Shown here one piece after another: positions 25,861-32,000 of a stretch of 32,000 bases of DNA. The notes beneath the pieces were generated by a model, which saw only the letters and a list, made by a program, of their open reading frames with translations, ran no database searches and was not told the origin of the DNA. Position numbers and translations under genes: made by a program. This stretch comes from Haloquadratum walsbyi C23 (lineage in GTDB: Archaea; Halobacteriota; Halobacteria; Halobacteriales; Haloferacaceae). Where the stretch lies: contig NC_017459.1 of assembly GCF_000237865.1 (NCBI RefSeq), positions 3,030,001 through 3,062,000 on the forward strand, read 5' to 3'. Within the stretch, counting starts at the first letter, position 1. Each line of letters starts with the position of its first letter.

Positions 25861-28800
25861 TCACGTTGTTCGAAGCGAGCCTGTCCGCGGTTCATACACC
25901 TCACCCTTCGCGCGGAGATTCTCAATCTCTCCTTCAGCTTTCGATTCGCTCAGTCCAAGCTCGCTTATCGCTTGCTCAATAACCTCATCAACGGGAGCTC
26001 CATCGTCATAATCAGCCTCGATATTTTCAATAAGATGCTTGAGATTCTTAATTCGGTCACGTTGGTTCTTTGACGTCCCTGTCTCAACGATATCCGCATC
26101 GAATTCGCCGGTTTCGGGATCCATGCCGATATCCCGAAGACAGGATTCAACGATTGAGGTCACACGTTTTGCATCTTCCTGTTCAACTGTATCGGAAAGC
26201 CGCAATCGTGCGGATGCCTCTGAAAGCCTAACAAGTGCTTCGAGTTTTCGAGCAGTCACGGGAACTGGTGCATCGTCATCAGCACCTTTGGCGCGGAAGT
26301 CAACATAGAATTTACGAATAACGTCTTGCGCATCATCAGTCATTGTCGGATAGCAGTTACGCCTGGCGTATGCGACATATTTCCGAAGCAATTCGGCATC
26401 AATTGTTGGCGTGACCTCAGCAGTTGCACTCTCAACTTCACCGTCTGTGAATTCTGAATTCGGGATGTTTGCCTTCTGTGTATGAAGCTCTCCCGCATAA
26501 TTGGTGTTGATGATGTGGTCTGCAAGTTTTGCATCCGCATCTGGGTCGGGTTCATCCGTTACAGTAAAAATTAAATCAAATCGTGAAATCAGCGCCGGTT
26601 CAAGATCGATTTGTTCACCGATTGGTTCATATTGATCAAAACGACCATATTTTGGATTCGCAGCACCAAGTAGTGAGCAGCGTGATTTCAGCGTTGCATT
26701 AATTCCAGCCTTCGAGACAGAAATTGAGTTATGTAGTATAACTCCACTGCTGATGAATGTGTTAGTCGGTTCGACCGTGATGTCATAGACCCATTCACAG
26801 GCATGGGGACCCGCATTTGAGACCGTATCTACAGCTATCACACGGTGATATCGCCGATTACATCGTGTTTCAACCTCATCAAGCCGTTGTGTCGCTGCGA
26901 CAAGTCGGTTTTCAGAGATATTAGCTGGGATTGAGACTAAATCTGTGGATGCCGATATCGGTGAGGATGCAGTGGTTTTCGTTCTCTCACTGAATTGCGC
27001 TTGAGATTGTCCAAACAGCTGCAGATTTTCATCTGATGTAATACCATTTTTTGCATACTTGTATTTTGATGAAGACGATATTGTCGGCGTAGCACAATCG
27101 TCTCTCCCTATAGATACGTTGTCAGTATCCATTCGGAGTGTCTCAATATGATCTCGGAGTAAATTGATTTCAGCGCGTGCAATAGATAGCGCAATTCCGT
27201 CATCTCCTGCAGTAATCGATGCTAACTGTTCACTTGCTGGGATATTCAACAACTGTCTAATCGACTGAAGTTCATCTGCAATGCCACTTGGCAGTATCTC
27301 ATGGCTTGTTGTTTGATGAGTATCTTCATTCTGCGCAGTGACGCTTGATTGATTATTCTGAGAGGATGTATCAGATGGTGTTGTGCGTGAGCTAGATATA
27401 TCAAACATACCGCAAGCCCGTTCATAATCGGAATCACGTTTGATGACGGTCTGTGCTGCTATTTCTGCTGGACCATCCTCGACTGACGCGGTTATTCCGA
27501 GTCTTAAGAATGCGTCCGCGTAATCACATGCAAGTTCATTTGAGGAAGCGTAAATTCTGATTGTCTCATCTAAGATACGTCCAGCAGCGATTATGACACC
27601 CGTAAGGAACTGTTGCACCACAGCCTCAGAACCTCCAAGAACTGCGTCAGGAACACGACGATTCGGACGGTCAGCCGTAACCGCTGGCGCAATCTCGATC
27701 ATCCGTTCGACAAATGTATTTACAGACCACCGCCATTGATTTCCAGTCGATCCAGTATCCTGTGCTCGTGTTATTGAATCATTGTCATTCGACGGTATGA
27801 CGGATCCAAGAACGTTGTTGATAGCATCTTTAGACGAATCAACCGTGCGGTCCATGTCGACAATAATACCACGCTCAGGAGCATCGACAGATACTTTTCC
27901 AACAGCAGTCATGATACCGAGCGTCTGTGCAGCGTCGATGAGTTTGAATTCACCGTCAGTTGCTTGCACTTCGACTTCTGCTTTCGCTCTCGCTCTCGAT
28001 CTTACGTGTGTTCTTATTGTTGAAACATCATTTATATCATCAGAGACAGTCGAGGTATCTGTGTTTACACCTGGAAGGTGATGTGGTGCCGGGACGAATT
28101 CACCACCAGATAACGCATTTGCCTGGACAGTTTTTGTCTCGGATCCATCATCGATAAACATTGGATGCTCTGGGGTTACAAGCACTGATCGGCCATTAGA
28201 GAATTTGACTCTGATGAATTCTGAGGGCGCTGGGTGTCTGCTTACCCGATCAATTGAGACTGTGCTGGCGGAGCCAGTATCAGTGTCGACGGTGTAGACA
28301 TCTACATCATCAACGGGGAGAATCTCACAGTTGATACCGTCAATAACATTTGCATTGTTCTTTTCAATTCGGGAATCAACGAATGTGCCAATGTCGATGC
28401 GCTGTCCATCTGCTAACAATACCTCCGAGCGTGGGTGATATGATTGCTGTTCAAGTGCCTCATGCATCGCTGATCGATCCTCAGAGTTGTGAACGATCAT
28501 CCCATTAGCGACAAAGTTGTGCGTTCCAGAGACGGTGAGATCATACACGTCAGTTCCGTCAGAAGGATGAACTGTTTCAATGGATTCAATCGTCTTAGTC
28601 GTGACATCAAGTAACACATCGTCAGAGAGGTCAACATCACACCTATGAGATGAGTACTGGTTTGTCCGCGTCTGCGTTATGCCGCCATCAGGGAGAGAAT
28701 CGGAAGATGTCTCGGAGTCTGGGGTGACATCAAAAGTTGAAGCAGTGAATCCATCTGCAGGAGTATACACTTCATCATTTTCACTGAGGTGTTTAGCTGG

Positions 28801-31800
28801 ACACTCATGTACACCATCGCGGTTGATAATAATAAACGGGTGATCTGCGGTTGTTGTCACTTCACTCCCATCACTAAGTGTAATTTGCCACAGAGTGTCA
28901 GGAGAATCATACTGGTGAATCGCCGTGACCGGTCTTCCAGTAAGCTGTTTATTCTCCGTCATTGTCCATACAGTAAGATTATCAATGCCGCGGATTGTCC
29001 GTCCAACCCCATCCGGTTTTGATTCGATGGTTCCTGTCTTAGATGCGTCCGTGGCTAGTGATGCAATCGGAACATGACGTCCATCAGCAAGGCTAACGAG
29101 TGTTTCACCGGTAACACACCGCATTTTATCAAGCTCATCAACAGCTGCAATTCCTTTATCTGCAAGGACAAGTGCTCCAGCTTCAAGGGTCCATTGTTGA
29201 CCATCGCCAAAGTCATCACGAACAGCAGCCGCAGTATTGTGTGTCACAATACCACCGCCAATAAAGTTCTGCGTGTTCGGAACTGTAAGATCAAATACCT
29301 CCTTCTTTCCGGTATTAACTGCTTCAACGACTGTTTCGGTCTGAATTTCGTTTACACGAGATGACTCATAGTCATACCCAATCGATTGAGGTTCGATATT
29401 TGACCTGGGCATCTGCGGTGTTCCACCGTCACTCTCAACGGAGGATACAGTCGACACATCGCCTGCAGATATAATCTCATGTTCGTGCATATCTGTTCTT
29501 TTTTGTGTGTCGGTTGTGGTTGACCGAACAGACGGTTCTGAGCCGACATGAGATGAGGACACCTGTCGATCCCATGATGATCCGGACTCGGTTCTCGTTC
29601 CGATGGTCGTTCGATACGCTTGTGCATCGGATCCAGTGAGCGTGAGATACTGTCCCTGTGTCGTCGAGGTGCCAGTATGTGATTGATCACCTGTATCTCG
29701 ACATGAGCCAATACCGTATGTCTCAAGCAGCAACTGTATTTGTTCGGCAAGTGGTTCACTCGCCGTACCAATGGCAATCTGAGGCGTATTTTTATTATCA
29801 ATCCTTCCACCGGTATCAAATAGTCCACGAATGAATGCATCAACTCCGCTAACAGCAGTCAGTCGCGGATGAATCTCACGAGGGGCTGCATCCGTTATCT
29901 GCTCAAGCCCAAGTGTCTCAAATAGCCGTGTCACAGTCGCACTAATCACTTGAACAGTATTCGCCTGCTCAGTGTCGGTCTGAATAGACTCAGAGCCAAA
30001 TGTTGCCACTGCAGCATCTATGATATGAGATCTGATTGACTCCTCAGGGGCATGAAATTGAATCCACCGTTCCTCACAGGTTTCGCCCGTCATGATATTA
30101 CCGCAAGCAAAGGCGGCGCCTAACAAATACAAGAGGTCATCGTTGAGCACCTCTGGTAACTCAATGGCAGTTCCAGTTGGACCTATGACATGGTGGATAG
30201 TGATATCTTCAGATGAGACACTAATGGCATCACAAACACGATCAATTACATCAGACACAACAGGTTGCCCTGTAATGAGTGCCTCAACTGAATTCACATC
30301 AATATTGAGAGCATCCGCCGCGGCAGCGATATTTTGATACTGTGAAACAATTTTGCTTCGGAGTATTGTGATTGACTTTTCTGTCAGTTTGAGTTGCTCC
30401 TGTGTGAATTCGAAGATATCCGTGATTGAAACACTCGATCGCTCGACATTGTTATATTGTGGAATAACAATACTATCATTGGATTCAATTGCACTGATTG
30501 GTTTCCATTTGATTTCTGCATCATCAACGGTAAGCACGGGTGTATTGACCGATGCTTCCAGTTGCTTTCCGGATGCAGTCCGGATGCGGCGACAGTGTTT
30601 TTCAGGCATTCGCCACACATGTGAACTTTTACTCTGTGTTACTTCTGCAGATTGTGTTGTTGGGTCGACTGTGTAGAGTTCACGTTCATACGCAGCAGCT
30701 GTTTCTGTGGTAACTGTTTTTGGGTGATGCTGCGTTGCCAGTTGTTTGAGGGGTACAAATCCATCTGTCGTGTGGATTCGTGTCTCTCCGGTGACACAGA
30801 GTCCAGCTGAGCTGCTGCCTTTTCCTGATGTATATACCGACCGAGGAGCGATATTTCGGATATACTGAAGCATCGCCGAATTGTGTGAGAGCACTCCATT
30901 CGTAAGATAGGCGTGTGTGCCTTCGACTTCAAGATCATATACCCATTCTGCGGTCGGTGTCACGGTCTTTACCGCGGTTATCCGGTCGGTCGTGAGACAA
31001 TCCGTAACATCTTCCTCGTCAACTTCAGCATGAACTATTCCTCCATCGGATCCAGTTCGATGGAGACCGCCATCTGTAGTTACTCCAGGTGTTGACATTG
31101 AGCGTGGATTGAGAGTATTAGCTGTGTTATCCACGCTGATGGGGCGTGAATCGGCGACATCGTCAGCAATTGCGACTGACTCACCAGCAGACAGTGAATC
31201 AGCGCGTCGTGCAGTATACGACCCATTATGTTCAACAAATACTGGATGCGATGGTGTAACTGTCACTGACCGTCCACTCGCTGTCTGGATTTGGCGCATC
31301 GTCTCTGGTGATTGGCGTTTCCATACTCGCGTCACATCTCGCTCAGTGAGTTCGCCAGTTTCAATCGCTGAGGTGACCGTGAAGTCAGCAGTGTCCCAGA
31401 CACCATCATCAACTGGCTTTGGATCCGTCAACGCTGACTCGACCAGTTCACCGATTGTGGCTGTTTTTCCTTCCACAAGAGCAATATCCGTTTCCCCAGA
31501 AACACATTTTCCAGTTCCTGGGTCCCCAATCAGGAGCATGTGTAGGTCCCCTCGAATACGAGACCCATCAGGAAGGTGCTTCGTCACACCGGAGAATAAC
31601 TGAAGAATCATCGCTAATTTCTCTTCGTCATATCCATAGATAGATGGAGCAACAGATTCGACCATCTTCTCATAAATGTCCGGATCATTCGAGAGTTCGA
31701 CAATCTCAGCGACATCTTCATCAGTAATATCCATATCGTCGAACTCTTCATCCTCGATTTCGACTGATCGACCGTCCATATAAATATCAAAAATCGGAGT

Positions 31801-32000
31801 CTTCTCATTTCCACTTGTCTGCTGCTCAATATGAAGAACACCGGTCGTCGTTACATGATCGCCTGCAGTGACTGCACCAGTTGCATCATCCTCAAGATCG
31901 ACATCAATGCTTTGTGGCGTCTCTCCGCCACGGAGCCCCTCTGGGCTTTCCTGAACGCGAACTTTCTGTGCGTCAATGAACTCTGATTGGTCGAAATCAA
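25861..32000 (-). CDS. mcm: MCM replicative helicase, 5'-partial (continues beyond the window), interrupted by four inteins
   Basis: The reading frame stays open from the window edge, where it reads ...[27 protein letters not shown]... (OB-fold region). After removal of the four inteins, the exteins give GDPGTGK-SAMLQYI (Walker A), [50 protein letters not shown], then SRFDLIF and a C-terminal winged-helix-like tail. Confidence 0.95.
   Translation of the reverse strand, partial: [2045 protein letters not shown]
26728..28443 (-). mobile_element. MCM intein 4 (572 aa) with a Ser1 nucleophile and a degenerate endonuclease-like insert
   Basis: It starts [13 protein letters not shown], has block B VTPEHP, ends [22 protein letters not shown], and has Ser at +1. 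It restores [12 protein letters not shown]. The LAGLIDADG-like remnants are [11 protein letters not shown] and [12 protein letters not shown]. Confidence 0.85.
28486..29118 (-). mobile_element. MCM intein 3, mini-intein (211 aa) at Walker B
   Basis: It starts [13 protein letters not shown], has block B TTADHP, ends [21 protein letters not shown], and has Ser at +1. Confidence 0.9.
29236..30798 (-). mobile_element. MCM intein 2 (521 aa) with a LAGLIDADG-type endonuclease-like domain
   Basis: It starts [13 protein letters not shown], ends [21 protein letters not shown], and has Thr at +1. The LAGLIDADG-like blocks are [13 protein letters not shown] and [13 protein letters not shown]. Confidence 0.9.
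30880..31506 (-). mobile_element. MCM intein 1, mini-intein (209 aa) in the Walker A P-loop
   Basis: It starts [13 protein letters not shown], has block B VTPSHP, ends [21 protein letters not shown], and has Ser at +1. No endonuclease domain is present. I checked the codons at both junctions in the sequence. Confidence 0.9.

Noticed and set aside
26039-31643. Numerous plus-strand and out-of-frame ORFs within the mcm/intein region
   Set aside because: All are nested in a continuous 6.1-kb reading frame whose extein and intein motifs are verified at every junction.
1-32000. CRISPR arrays, rRNA operons, intact IS transposases or integrases
   Set aside because: No regularly spaced direct repeats, rRNA-like sequence or transposase/integrase-like ORF is visible in any frame.

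Overview
The window looks like a haloarchaeal chromosome segment. It has moderate G+C, strongly acidic predicted proteins, a TFB, a PGF-CTERM surface protein and a multi-intein MCM, a combination that resembles Haloquadratum; species identity cannot be verified from here.

I support about 24 protein genes, mostly housekeeping:
- YeiH-family membrane protein and a metallophosphoesterase
- M29 aminopeptidase
- divergent lrp-glnA pair
- PAP2 phosphatase
- trm1
- SWIM zinc-finger protein
- Zn alcohol dehydrogenase
- prs and a HIT protein
- two ParA/MinD-like ATPases
- tfb
- a PGF-CTERM surface protein

The right 6 kb is an MCM helicase gene that runs off the window. It is interrupted by four in-frame inteins of 209, 521, 211 and 572 aa, so 1513 of the 2045 in-window codons are intein.

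The least explained material falls into three groups:
- Several ORF-free, hairpin-dense, relatively G+C-rich islands lie at 10.9-12.3 kb, 18.5-18.9 kb, 20.96-21.26 kb and 25.4-25.8 kb. One of them is a precise 371-nt insertion that splits a histidine-phosphatase gene. Two short motifs are shared between islands.
- A tightly coupled minus-strand cluster of a MinD-type ATPase plus three uncharacterised proteins sits at 19.3-22.7 kb.
- A ParA-like paralog lacks both P-loop lysines.

I found no rRNA, tRNA, CRISPR array or intact transposase. All homology calls come from motif recognition by eye. No database search was run.
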